A stretch of DNA of 64,000 nt from an uncultured Enterobacteriaceae bacterium. GTDB lineage: Bacteria; Verrucomicrobiota; Verrucomicrobiia; Opitutales; UBA953. Under the pieces are notes generated by a model. That model was given only the letters and a program-made list of their open reading frames with translations. It was not told where the DNA came from and did no database searches. The position numbers and the translations under genes are program-made. The stretch is from positions 57,730-121,729 of the forward strand of contig CAYYLJ010000002.1 of NCBI GenBank assembly GCA_964472585.1. The letters run 5' to 3'. This document shows, one piece after another, positions 21,536-39,705 of the stretch (positions are counted from its first letter, which is position 1; each line of letters opens with the position of its first letter).

Positions 21536-21637
21536 AGTCTCTCGGCGTGTCCTTGGCCCGCCTGTGAAATCTCGGTCAAAATTCCGCTTGACGGTGCTCG
21601 GGCGAAGCCTCATCAACCCCCTTCCTTCGGGCAGGTC

Positions 21638-21713
<76 letters not shown>

Positions 21714-21773
21714 CTCGACCGCACCACCTTCCACCACACCACCACCCTAACCCTCCAACCCAACCGCACGCAC

Positions 21774-22961
<1,188 letters not shown>

Positions 22962-22985
22962 CCCTCGCCTGACACCCAACCGCGG

Positions 22986-23020
22986 GGTGCCGCGGGGCCC
23001 GGAAGGGCCCTTGCGGCACC
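22986..23020 (+). other. GC-rich nested hairpin between tuf and tRNA-Trp, with no U tract
   Basis: GGTGCCGC-G-GGGCCC-GGAA-GGGCCC-TT-GCGGCACC. Confidence 0.5.
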
Positions 23021-23042
23021 GTCGCTTCCCCCTCCCCCGACT

Positions 23043-23118
23043 AGGACGGTAGCTCAATTGGCAGAGTAGCGGTCTCCAAAACCGTTGGTTGTGGGTTCGA
23101 CTCCCACCCGTCCTGCCA
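23043..23118 (+). tRNA. tRNA-Trp (anticodon CCA)
   Basis: Acceptor AGGACGG/CCGTCCT, anticodon arm GCGGT-CTCCAAA-ACCGT, T arm GTGGG-TTCGACT-CCCAC, with encoded CCA. Confidence 0.9.
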
Positions 23119-23137
23119 CCTCCACCACCCACGCGAC

Positions 23138-23344
23138 ATGCTCCGCCTCATCGGCAACCTCCGAGCCCTCTGGAACGAGACCATCAACGAGGTCTTCGTC
23201 AAGGCGACGTGGCCGACGGGCAAGGAGCTGGTCCATTCCACCCTGGTCGTCATCGCGCTCGTCGCCCTCGCCGGCGTCGTCGTCGTGCTCTGCGACCTCT
23301 CCCTCTCCGGCCTCGTCCAATACGCGACCTCGCTCGTCCGCTGA
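23138..23344 (+). CDS. secE: Preprotein translocase subunit SecE
   Basis: 68 aa with a single C-terminal TM segment. EVFVKATWPTGKEL motif. Canonical position before nusG. Confidence 0.9.
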   Translation: MLRLIGNLRALWNETINEVFVKATWPTGKELVHSTLVVIALVALAGVVVVLCDLSLSGLVQYATSLVR

Positions 23345-23357
23345 GAGGCCCCCGCCC

Positions 23358-23948
23358 ATGTCCGAATCCAACCGCCCGCCCGTCTCCCACCAGCCCCTCT
23401 GGTACACGCTCCAGACCTTCTCCAACAACGAGGCGAAGGTGAAGCGCAACATCGAGCGCGCCATGGCCACGGACGACGCCATCCGCGCCTCCATCGAGCA
23501 GGTGCTGATGCCCGAGCGCACGGTCAAGGAGACCCGCAACCGCAAGGAGCGCCAGACCAAGCAGAAGCTCTACCCGAGCTACCTCTTCCTCCGCGCCCGC
23601 CTCGGCACCGCCGACGGCGAGCTCGACGAGTACACCTGGAGCTTCCTCCGCCAGCTCGACGGCGTGATGGGCCTCATCGGCGGGGACAACCCGGTCGCCC
23701 TCAAGGAGGCCGAGATCCGCTCCATCCTCGAGCAGGTCGAGGAGAACCAGAACAAGGTCCTGCCCAAGATGACCTTCGCCGTCGGCGAGCGCGTCAAGAT
23801 CACCGACGGCCCGATGATGAACCTCTCGGGCACCGTCGACAGCGCCGACGTCAACCACGGCAAGCTGCAGGTCTCGGTCGACATCTTCGGCCGCCCCACC
23901 CCCGTCGAGCTCGAGTTCTGGCAGGTCGAGCGCGACGACCGCAACTGA
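23358..23948 (+). CDS. nusG: Transcription termination/antitermination factor NusG
   Basis: WYTLQTFSNNEAKV NGN domain and C-terminal KOW (GERVKITDGPMMNLSGTV). Confidence 0.93.
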   Translation: MSESNRPPVSHQPLWYTLQTFSNNEAKVKRNIERAMATDDAIRASIEQVLMPERTVKETRNRKERQTKQKLYPSYLFLRARLGTADGELDEYTWSFLRQLDGVMGLIGGDNPVALKEAEIRSILEQVEENQNKVLPKMTFAVGERVKITDGPMMNLSGTVDSADVNHGKLQVSVDIFGRPTPVELEFWQVERDDRN

Positions 23949-23980
23949 TCCCCTTCCACCCAACAACCGCTTAAACCACC

Positions 23981-24406
23981 ATGGCCAAGAAAGTCGTCGG
24001 CGAAATCAGGCTCCAGCTTCCCGCCGGAGCCGCCAACCCCGCCCCTCCCGTGGGCCCCGCGCTCGGCGCCAAGGGCGTCAACATCATGGCGTTCTGCAAG
24101 GAGTTCAACGCCCGCACCAAGGACCAGGCCGGCCTGATCCTCCCCGTCATCATCTCCGTCTTCCAGGACAAGTCCTTCACCTTCATCCTGAAGTCGCCCC
24201 CGGCCTCCGTCCTCCTCAAGAAGGCCGCCAAGATCGAGTCCGGCGCCGCCGTCCCCAACCGCGACAAGGTCGGCAAGGTTACGCGCAAGCAGATCCTCGA
24301 GATCGTCGAGCTGAAGAAGAAGGACCTCAACGCCGCCGACCCCGCGCAGGCCGCCCGCATGATCGAGGGCACCGCCCGCTCGATGGGCATCGAGGTCGTC
24401 GGCTGA
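23981..24406 (+). CDS. rplK: 50S ribosomal protein L11
   Basis: [29 protein letters not shown]... Confidence 0.97.
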   Translation: MAKKVVGEIRLQLPAGAANPAPPVGPALGAKGVNIMAFCKEFNARTKDQAGLILPVIISVFQDKSFTFILKSPPASVLLKKAAKIESGAAVPNRDKVGKVTRKQILEIVELKKKDLNAADPAQAARMIEGTARSMGIEVVG

Positions 24407-24467
24407 CCCTTTCCAACCCAACCCAAACCCACCCCATACTGCTACCCGCAGGAGACCCCAAGTCGCC

Positions 24468-25172
24468 ATGAACCGCAATCCCTCCAAGCGCTACGTCGCC
24501 GCCGCCAAGGTGGCCGACCTCGCCCAGGACCACTCCGTCGCCGCCGCGGCGGAGATCCTCAAGAAGATGCCCTCGGCCAAGTTCGACGAGACCGTCGAGA
24601 TCTCGGCCTGCCTGGGCGTCGACCCCAAGCAGTCGGACCAGATGGTCCGCGGCACGGTCTCCCTGCCCAACGGCTCGGGCAAGAAGATCCGCGTCATCGT
24701 CTTCACCGAGAACCCCAAGCAGGCCCTCGACGCCGGCGCCGACGCCGCCGGCCTCAACGACCTCATCGACAAGGTCCTCGGCGGCTGGATGGACTTCGAC
24801 GTCGCCGTCTCCACCACCCCCGCGATGAAGGACGTCCGCAAGGTCGCCCGCGTCCTCGGTCCCCGCGGCCTCATGCCCAACCCCAAGTCGGGCACCGTTT
24901 CCGACGACATCCCCCGCACCATCGCGGAGGTCAAGGCCGGCCGCGTCGAGTTCAAGATGGATAAGACCGCCAACGTCGTGATCGTCGTCGGCAAGAAGTC
25001 CTTCCCCGCCGAGAAGCTCGCCCAGAACGTCGAGGCCGCCCTCGGCGCCCTCGCCAAGTCGCAGCCCTCCGGCTTCGTCGGACCCCGCTTCGTCAAGTCC
25101 GTCACCCTGAGCTCCACCATGAGCCCGGGCATCCGCATCGAACTGCGCGCCGTCGCCGCGCCCGCCGCCTGA
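24468..25172 (+). CDS. rplA: 50S ribosomal protein L1
   Basis: 234 aa. FDETVEISACLGVDPKQSDQMVRG motif. Confidence 0.96.
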   Translation: MNRNPSKRYVAAAKVADLAQDHSVAAAAEILKKMPSAKFDETVEISACLGVDPKQSDQMVRGTVSLPNGSGKKIRVIVFTENPKQALDAGADAAGLNDLIDKVLGGWMDFDVAVSTTPAMKDVRKVARVLGPRGLMPNPKSGTVSDDIPRTIAEVKAGRVEFKMDKTANVVIVVGKKSFPAEKLAQNVEAALGALAKSQPSGFVGPRFVKSVTLSSTMSPGIRIELRAVAAPAA

Positions 25173-25210
25173 TCACGACCCGACCCGAAACCCACCCAGC
25201 ACCCACCGCC

Positions 25211-25711
25211 ATGCGCGCCGAAAAGCAATTCCTCGTCGACGAGGTCGCCGGTCACCTCGCCAAGTCCAAGTACCTCCTGGTCGCCAACTTCACCGGCGTC
25301 ACCGTGAAGGACGCCACCGACATCCGCGCCCACCTCCGCCCCCTCGGCGCGGAGTACCACGTGGTCAAGAACAGCATCCTCGGGATCGCCGCCAAGCAGG
25401 CCGGCCTGCCCGACCTCTCCGCCCACCTCTCGGGCCACACCGCCCTCGTGACCGGCGGCGACAACCCCTCCGGCGTCGCCAAGGTCCTGGTCAAGTTCTT
25501 CAAGGACTTCTCCAAGCTCGAGGTGAAGGCCGGCGTGCTCGACGCCAAGCTCCTCGGCGCGAAGGACATCGAGGCCCTCTCCAAGCTGCCCTCGCTCGAG
25601 GTCATCCGGGCCCAGCTGCTCGCCCTCCTCTCCACGCCCGCGACCCAGGTCGTGCGCATCCTCGTGGCCAAGAACGAGGCGGCCGAGAAGGCCGCCGCGC
25701 CCGCCGCCTGA
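25211..25711 (+). CDS. rplJ: 50S ribosomal protein L10
   Basis: 166 aa. Position between rplA and rplL, with an L10-like N-terminus. Confidence 0.93.
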   Translation: MRAEKQFLVDEVAGHLAKSKYLLVANFTGVTVKDATDIRAHLRPLGAEYHVVKNSILGIAAKQAGLPDLSAHLSGHTALVTGGDNPSGVAKVLVKFFKDFSKLEVKAGVLDAKLLGAKDIEALSKLPSLEVIRAQLLALLSTPATQVVRILVAKNEAAEKAAAPAA

Positions 25712-25858
25712 CCCTTTCCGCCGCGCGCGCGCCAGGTCGGCGCGGGCGGGGCGGGGAACCCAACCCAAACCCAAACCAACACACCAACGAACCCTGGATC
25801 GGGGCCCCGGCCCTCAAATGACCCTCGCGGGTCGCGATCCGTTCAAGGACACACCAAC

Positions 25859-26239
25859 ATGAGCAACATCACCAAGGAACAGGTCATCGAGTGGCTGAGC
25901 GCCCAGTCCGTCATCGACATCGCCGCCCTCGTCAAGGACCTCGAGGCCAAGTGGGGCGTCTCCGCCGCCGCGCCCGTCGTGGCCGTGGCCGCCGGCGCCG
26001 CCGAGGCCGCCGCCCCCGCCGAGGAGAAGACGACCTTCGACGTCATCCTCAAGGACAAGGGCGCCCAGGCCATCAACGTCATCAAGGAGGTCCGCGCCAT
26101 CACCGGCCTCGGCCTCAAGGAGGCCAAGGACCTCGTCGAGAGCGCGCCCAAGCCCGTCAAGGAAGGCGTCTCGAAGGACGAGGCCAAGGACATCGAGGCC
26201 AAGCTCAAGGCCGCCGGCGCCACCGTCGAGGTCAAGTGA
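25859..26239 (+). CDS. rplL: 50S ribosomal protein L7/L12
   Basis: Ala-rich hinge and C-terminal domain [19 protein letters not shown]. Confidence 0.97.
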   Translation: MSNITKEQVIEWLSAQSVIDIAALVKDLEAKWGVSAAAPVVAVAAGAAEAAAPAEEKTTFDVILKDKGAQAINVIKEVRAITGLGLKEAKDLVESAPKPVKEGVSKDEAKDIEAKLKAAGATVEVK

Positions 26240-26385
26240 CCTTCCGCGCGCCCCCGCGCGCGCGAGCACGCGGGGCGCGGCCGGACCCACGGGTCCGACC
26301 CGCCCCCCGCTGATTCACCAACGGCCGCCCCGTCCGCACACGGGGCAACCCAATTTCCCAACGCCCGCCCAACGCCCTTCCCGCC

Positions 26386-30234
<3,849 letters not shown>

Positions 30235-30272
30235 CACCCGGACGCCCCGCAACCCCACAACCCCTCAAACAA

Positions 30273-34595
<4,323 letters not shown>

Positions 34596-34615
34596 CCTGA
34601 AAATCAGGCCCTTTC

Positions 34616-34652
34616 GCCCCTTTTTCGCCCGCGAAAAAGGGGCTTTTTGTTT
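34616..34652 (+). terminator. Rho-independent terminator after rpoC
   Basis: 13-bp stem GCCCCTTTTTCGC/GCGAAAAAGGGGC followed by TTTTTGTTT. Confidence 0.85.
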
Positions 34653-34684
34653 GCCAGAACGAGGGGGTGGTATGGAATGGAGAC

Positions 34685-35932
34685 ATGAACGGCACGAGAA
34701 TTGCCCTACCCACGGCTTTGCTGGCCGCCGCGGCCGTCCTGCGGGGCGAGTTCCTGGACTCCCCCATGGTGCGCATCGGCTCCGAGCTCGACCTTTACTT
34801 CACGGCCAAGGCCCGCGTGGAGTACGACGACAACCTCTTCCTCGGCCGACCCGGCAACCTTCCCGATGACGGCGCCTATTACGACCTCATCCCCGGGCTG
34901 GAGCTCCAATACGGCAAGGACCTGCCCCTCAGCGGCAGCTTCGGCATATCCCGCCGCTACCGGACCTTCTTCGACAAGCAGCTGCGCAGCCTCGACGACG
35001 AGCAGGATGCCTATGACTTCGCCGCCACCTACGACGGCGGCGGCCCGCTCCGCATCGAGGCCTCCGCCTCCTACGCCGAGACCGCCCGCAACACCCCCGA
35101 GGAGTCCGAGCTTGCCGGAGGCGGCACGATCGACGGCACCCTGCTGCGCCAGACGACCTACGGCCAGTCCTTGAAGGCGGTCTATCAGTTCACCGAGAAG
35201 ACCAATGCCAGCGTTGGCGCACGTCACAGCTCGAACCGCTACGACCCCGTGGCGTTGCCCGTCGTCGACCCCCTGGTCGATCCTCCCTTCAACACATTCG
35301 GGCTCCGCGAGTACGATTCTTGGGCGGTGCCGCTCGAAGTCCGCTACAAGTACAGTGAGAAGCTCTCGGTCGGCCTTGCCTTGGAGTACGGCGAGTCCGA
35401 CCTCTATGAGGCGCGTCCCTTCACCGCCGGGATCATCGACACCATCGAGCGCGAGTTGGCCAACCTCACCTTCAACTACATGGCCACCGACAAGCTCGAC
35501 TGCGAGCTGCGCGTCGGCGTGCTGCGCTCGACCTACCAGCTGTCCGGTTACTCCAGCACCTCGCCCTCCTTCTCCCTTCGCCTCGGCCACTCCGTCACCG
35601 ACAAGTTGAACCAGGGCCTCCTGGTCGCCCAGGACGCCACCGCCGCGCCCAATGGCGGCCTCTCGGATTCCTTCCGGGTCGGCTATGATCTCAACTACAA
35701 CAACTCCGAGGCCTTCCGCACCTTCTTCCGCGCGACCTACTCCGAGTCCAACGTGCTCGGCCAGGGCGTCTCCACGGGTCGCATCGACATCCGTTCCGCA
35801 AACGCCGTGATCGGCGCCTCCTACGCGCCCGACACCCATTGGGTCTTCTCGGCCAATTATTCCTACACCACCAACCTCGATTCGGACTACGACGTCAACC
35901 GCGTCAGCCTCGAGGCCGCCCTCCGCTGGTGA
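34685..35932 (+). CDS. Putative outer-membrane beta-barrel protein of the polysaccharide export cluster
   Basis: Signal peptide, many amphipathic Y/F-rich strand segments, and a C-terminal aromatic end (LEAALRW). Directly upstream of the wza/wzc-like genes. Confidence 0.6.
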   Translation: MNGTRIALPTALLAAAAVLRGEFLDSPMVRIGSELDLYFTAKARVEYDDNLFLGRPGNLPDDGAYYDLIPGLELQYGKDLPLSGSFGISRRYRTFFDKQLRSLDDEQDAYDFAATYDGGGPLRIEASASYAETARNTPEESELAGGGTIDGTLLRQTTYGQSLKAVYQFTEKTNASVGARHSSNRYDPVALPVVDPLVDPPFNTFGLREYDSWAVPLEVRYKYSEKLSVGLALEYGESDLYEARPFTAGIIDTIERELANLTFNYMATDKLDCELRVGVLRSTYQLSGYSSTSPSFSLRLGHSVTDKLNQGLLVAQDATAAPNGGLSDSFRVGYDLNYNNSEAFRTFFRATYSESNVLGQGVSTGRIDIRSANAVIGASYAPDTHWVFSANYSYTTNLDSDYDVNRVSLEAALRW

Positions 35933-35943
35933 CCAAGCGACCC

Positions 35944-36579
35944 ATGAAAGCTCGCCCCCTCATCGCCGCCCTCGCCCTGCTGCTCGCCGGCTGCGCCAAC
36001 GACGCGCCCGAGTTCGCGACCGAGGGCTCGCCCGCCGCCGCCGAGGCCGCCGCCGAGGCCGGCGCCGAGCGCAACTCCTACCGCCTGCGTGCCCGCGACT
36101 TCGTGCGCGTCGGCGTGATCAACGAGGCCGACACCTTCGTCGAGCGCCGCATCAACCCCGACGGCACCATCGACATCCCCTTCCTCGGCAAGGACAGCAT
36201 CGTGACCATCGCCGGGCTCACCGTCTCCGAGGCCCAGGCCGCCCTCGCCAAGCGCTTCGCCACCTTCTTCAAGGCCCCCGTCGTCACCCTCGAGATCCGC
36301 GGCTACGCCGAGCGGCGCATCTATGTCGACGGCTCGGTCGGGCGCACCGGCGCCGTCGTCATCCCGCCCGAGGAGACGCTCACCCTCAAGAAGGCGCTGG
36401 CCTCGGCCGGCGGCATCCTCCGCGGCGGCAACCGCTCCGCGGTCGTCCTGCGGCGCAAGCAGCCCGACGGGTCCCGCGTGACCATCGAGGTCGACGTCCG
36501 CAAGATCGACCTCGGCGAGGCCCCCGACGTCATCCTCGAGGACGACGACCACATCTTCGTCCGCGAGAGCCGCATCTGA
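35944..36579 (+). CDS. Polysaccharide export lipoprotein (Wza-like, Poly_export + SLBB)
   Basis: Lipobox LLAGC. Motifs: YRLRARDFVRVGV, NPDGTIDIPFLG, IYVDGSV. Confidence 0.8.
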   Translation: MKARPLIAALALLLAGCANDAPEFATEGSPAAAEAAAEAGAERNSYRLRARDFVRVGVINEADTFVERRINPDGTIDIPFLGKDSIVTIAGLTVSEAQAALAKRFATFFKAPVVTLEIRGYAERRIYVDGSVGRTGAVVIPPEETLTLKKALASAGGILRGGNRSAVVLRRKQPDGSRVTIEVDVRKIDLGEAPDVILEDDDHIFVRESRI

Positions 36580-36583
36580 TCCC

Positions 36584-38881
36584 ATGTCCGCCCAGAAACC
36601 CAGCTCAGGCAAGGAACCCGGTTACGGCTATGGCGGCGGCTATGGCGGCTACGGCGGCGTGGGCGGCTACGGCGCCTACGGCCAGTACGGGCAGTACGGG
36701 CAGTACGGCGGCTACGCCGGCTACGGCTACGGCTACGGCCAGCAGGCCAACCCGCTCTCGCAGTACCTCGTCATGGTCCGGGAGCGGATGTGGTACGTGG
36801 TTCTCTCCATCCTCGTCTTCGTCACCGCGGCGCTGATCTACACCGTCAACGCCACCCCCGAGTACCAGGCCAACGGCCGCCTCCGCGTCTACAAGTTCGC
36901 CCCCAACATCGCCGGACGCGGGGCGGGCGAGGAGATCTACGCCATCATGTCGACGGAGGACTTCAACACCGCCGTCGAGGTCATGCGCAGCACCGCCATC
37001 ATCGAGGCGGTCGAGCGCCGGCTCACCGCGAGCGAGCGCAAGGCCGTGCTCGAGCCCTACCAGGGCGGCAACATCTTCTCCGGCCCGCTGACCTCACAGG
37101 AGGTCTTCGCCCGCCAGCGCGGCATCGCGCCGCAGCGCGCCACCCTGGTGGTGAACGTCCAGTTCACCCACCCCGACCGCGACCTCGCCCGCCAGCTCGC
37201 CCGCCTCTTCTGCGAGGCCATCCAGAAGAACAGCGAGGACGAGCGCCTGACGGTCACCAACCCCCTGGTCGAGAAGGCGCGCGTCGAGATCGAGTCGCTC
37301 GAGGAGCGCCTCTCCCGCCTGTATCGCGAGAAGAACGACCTCGTGCAGCGCGAGAAGCTCCTCTCCATCGCCCGCGGCACCGACACCCTCGGCTCCGAGC
37401 GCGCCAGCCTGATCAAGGACCGCGAGGACGTCCGCCGGCAGATCGACGAGCTTGCCATCGTCTGGCAGCAGATCGCCGAGCACCGCGAGGCCAAGAAGGA
37501 CCTCACCCTCATCCCGCTCGTCAAGTCCGACGAGCGCGTCGCCCAGCTCGCGAACCGCCAGACCGAGCTCCAGGTCACCATCCAGACCATGGAGGAGAAG
37601 TACACCGAGAGCCACCCCGCCCTCCGCCTCACCCGCGAGCAGCTGGCGGCCGTCGGCAAGGAGCTCGTCGCCTCGGCCGAGGTCGCCGTCTCCCGCATCG
37701 ACAGCCAGCGCGGCGCCGCCGAGCAGCGCAAGGCCTCCGTCGAGCGCGCCCTCCAGGCCAAGGAGCAGGAGATCGCGCGCCTGCAGAACGCCAACATCGA
37801 GCTCGAGCGCATCGAGAAGGACATCCGCCTGAGCGAGGACTTCCTCGCCCGCCTCAAGCTCAGCTACGAGGACGCCAAGCTGCGCACCTCCACCACCGGC
37901 ACCTCGACCTCCGTCCGCATCCTCGACCAGCCCTCCGTCTCGGACCGACCCATCAACAAGAACTATTACCTCAACGTCGTCGTCGGCCTCGGCCTGGGCG
38001 CCGCCTTCGGCCTCGGCCTCGTCATCCTGCTCGGCGTGATGGACGACCGGATCAAGTCGGCCTCCGACATCGAGGGTGGAATCGGGCTGCCCCTCCTCGG
38101 CACCATCCCGCGCGTCCGCAACGCCTACGGCCCCGACCGCGCCCTGCTCGGCCGCCAGAACAAGGACCGCATGGCCATCGAGTCCCTGCGCGCCATCCAC
38201 TCGGTGATGAAGATCAATCCCGCCGCCGCCGGCGCCAAGGTCATCCTCACCACCTCGACCCGCCCGGGCGAGGGCAAGACCTTCGTCTCGACGAACGTCG
38301 CCCTCACCTTCGCCCAGCACGGCGAGCGCGTCCTCGTCCTCGACGGCGACCTCCGCCTCCCCAACGTCGCCGCCTCCCTCGCCATCGACTCGGACGCCGG
38401 CATCAGCAAGTACTTCAACGGCGAGATCACCCTCGACCAGGCCATCATCCGCGGCATCGAGCCCAACCTCGACATCCTGCCGGTCGGCTCGACCTGCAAG
38501 AACCCCACCCAGGTCATCAACAGCCCGAAGTTCGCCGAGCTGATCGCCGAGCTCCGCAACCGCTACGACCGCATCATCATCGACTCCCCGCCCCTCGGCG
38601 CCGTCTCCGACGCCCTGCACATGGTGTCGCTGGCCGACGGCGTCCTCTATGTCGTGCGCTTCAGCATGGTCAAGAAGCGCAACGCCCTCTCCTGCATCGC
38701 CCGCCTGCGCGAGGCCGGCGTCCCCATCGTCGGCGCCGTCCTCAACTCCATGGTGACCCGGATGGCCTCGTTCTACACCGACAGCTACGACGAGTCCTAC
38801 CGCAAGTATTACGCCGCCGAGGGCGAGGTGGCCCCCGAGGTCGCCGCCCCCGCGCCGGCCCCCTCCAAGGACAAGCCGTGA
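36584..38881 (+). CDS. Polysaccharide co-polymerase / BY-type tyrosine autokinase (Wzc/GumC-like)
   Basis: Wzz-type TM-coiled coil-TM periplasmic domain. Walker A PGEGKT, A' VLVLDGDLRLP, B IIIDSPPL. C-terminal Tyr cluster YTDSYDESYRKYY. An unusual N-terminal Gly/Tyr tract is also present. Confidence 0.85.
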   Translation: MSAQKPSSGKEPGYGYGGGYGGYGGVGGYGAYGQYGQYGQYGGYAGYGYGYGQQANPLSQYLVMVRERMWYVVLSILVFVTAALIYTVNATPEYQANGRLRVYKFAPNIAGRGAGEEIYAIMSTEDFNTAVEVMRSTAIIEAVERRLTASERKAVLEPYQGGNIFSGPLTSQEVFARQRGIAPQRATLVVNVQFTHPDRDLARQLARLFCEAIQKNSEDERLTVTNPLVEKARVEIESLEERLSRLYREKNDLVQREKLLSIARGTDTLGSERASLIKDREDVRRQIDELAIVWQQIAEHREAKKDLTLIPLVKSDERVAQLANRQTELQVTIQTMEEKYTESHPALRLTREQLAAVGKELVASAEVAVSRIDSQRGAAEQRKASVERALQAKEQEIARLQNANIELERIEKDIRLSEDFLARLKLSYEDAKLRTSTTGTSTSVRILDQPSVSDRPINKNYYLNVVVGLGLGAAFGLGLVILLGVMDDRIKSASDIEGGIGLPLLGTIPRVRNAYGPDRALLGRQNKDRMAIESLRAIHSVMKINPAAAGAKVILTTSTRPGEGKTFVSTNVALTFAQHGERVLVLDGDLRLPNVAASLAIDSDAGISKYFNGEITLDQAIIRGIEPNLDILPVGSTCKNPTQVINSPKFAELIAELRNRYDRIIIDSPPLGAVSDALHMVSLADGVLYVVRFSMVKKRNALSCIARLREAGVPIVGAVLNSMVTRMASFYTDSYDESYRKYYAAEGEVAPEVAAPAPAPSKDKP

Positions 38882-39705
38882 CCTTCCTGCGCGCCGCCGC
38901 CCTCGCCGCGGTCGCCGCCCTGCTGGCCGCCTGCCAATCCGTCCCCGGAGGCGGGCGCAGCCAGCTCATCCTGGTCGACGACGCCCTGCTCGCGCGCGAG
39001 GCCGGCGCGGCCTTCGCCCAGATGCCGCGGGCCAGGGACGACGCCGCGCTCGAGCGCATCCGCGCGGTGGCCCGTCGGATCATCGTCGCCGCCCGCGCCT
39101 GCCCGACTTACGGCGACCCCTCGATGCCCCCGCCCGAGCGGTGGGAGATCATCCTCGTCGACGACCCCACGGCCAACGCCTTCGCCATGCCCGGCGGCCG
39201 CATCGGCATCCACCGGGGCATGCTCCCGCTGCTGCCGACGGACGGCGACCTGGCGACCGTCATCAGCCACGAGGTCGCCCACGTGGCCTGCCGCCACGGC
39301 GCCGAGCGCGTCTCGCACTCGCTGCTCGCCGCCCTGGGGGCCGTCGCCGTGGACCAAGCCATGGCCGACAAGCCCGCCGCCCGCCGCCAGGAGGTGCTCC
39401 TCGCCTACGGCGCCGCCGCCACGCTCGGCGTCCTGCTGCCCTACAGCCGCGAGCATGAGAACGAGGCCGACCGCATCGGCATGGCCTACATGGCCCGGGC
39501 CGGCTACGACCCGGCCGCGGCCCTGGCCTTCTGGCGCCGTTTCGCCGCGTCCAAGGAGGGCGGCGTGCCCGAGTACCTCTCCACCCACCCCTCCGACAAG
39601 AACCGCGTGCGGGAACTCGAGGCCATGCTCCCCGAGGCCCGCGCCATCCAGGCCGAGGTCGCCGCTCAGCGCGCCTCGACGCCGCCCACCGGGGCCAGGA
39701 GATAG
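38878..39705 (+). CDS. M48-family zinc metallopeptidase lipoprotein
   Basis: The GTG start overlaps the wzc-like stop (GTGA). Lipobox LLAAC, HEVAH zinc motif and a downstream EADRIG. Confidence 0.8.
   Translation: MTFLRAAALAAVAALLAACQSVPGGGRSQLILVDDALLAREAGAAFAQMPRARDDAALERIRAVARRIIVAARACPTYGDPSMPPPERWEIILVDDPTANAFAMPGGRIGIHRGMLPLLPTDGDLATVISHEVAHVACRHGAERVSHSLLAALGAVAVDQAMADKPAARRQEVLLAYGAAATLGVLLPYSREHENEADRIGMAYMARAGYDPAAALAFWRRFAASKEGGVPEYLSTHPSDKNRVRELEAMLPEARAIQAEVAAQRASTPPTGARR

Noticed and set aside
21588-21616. TTGACG-N17-CATCAA as the promoter of the tRNA-Thr/tuf array.
   Set aside because: The -35 hexamer is good but the -10 candidate is poor (no TAnnnT). I cannot support it without transcription-start data.
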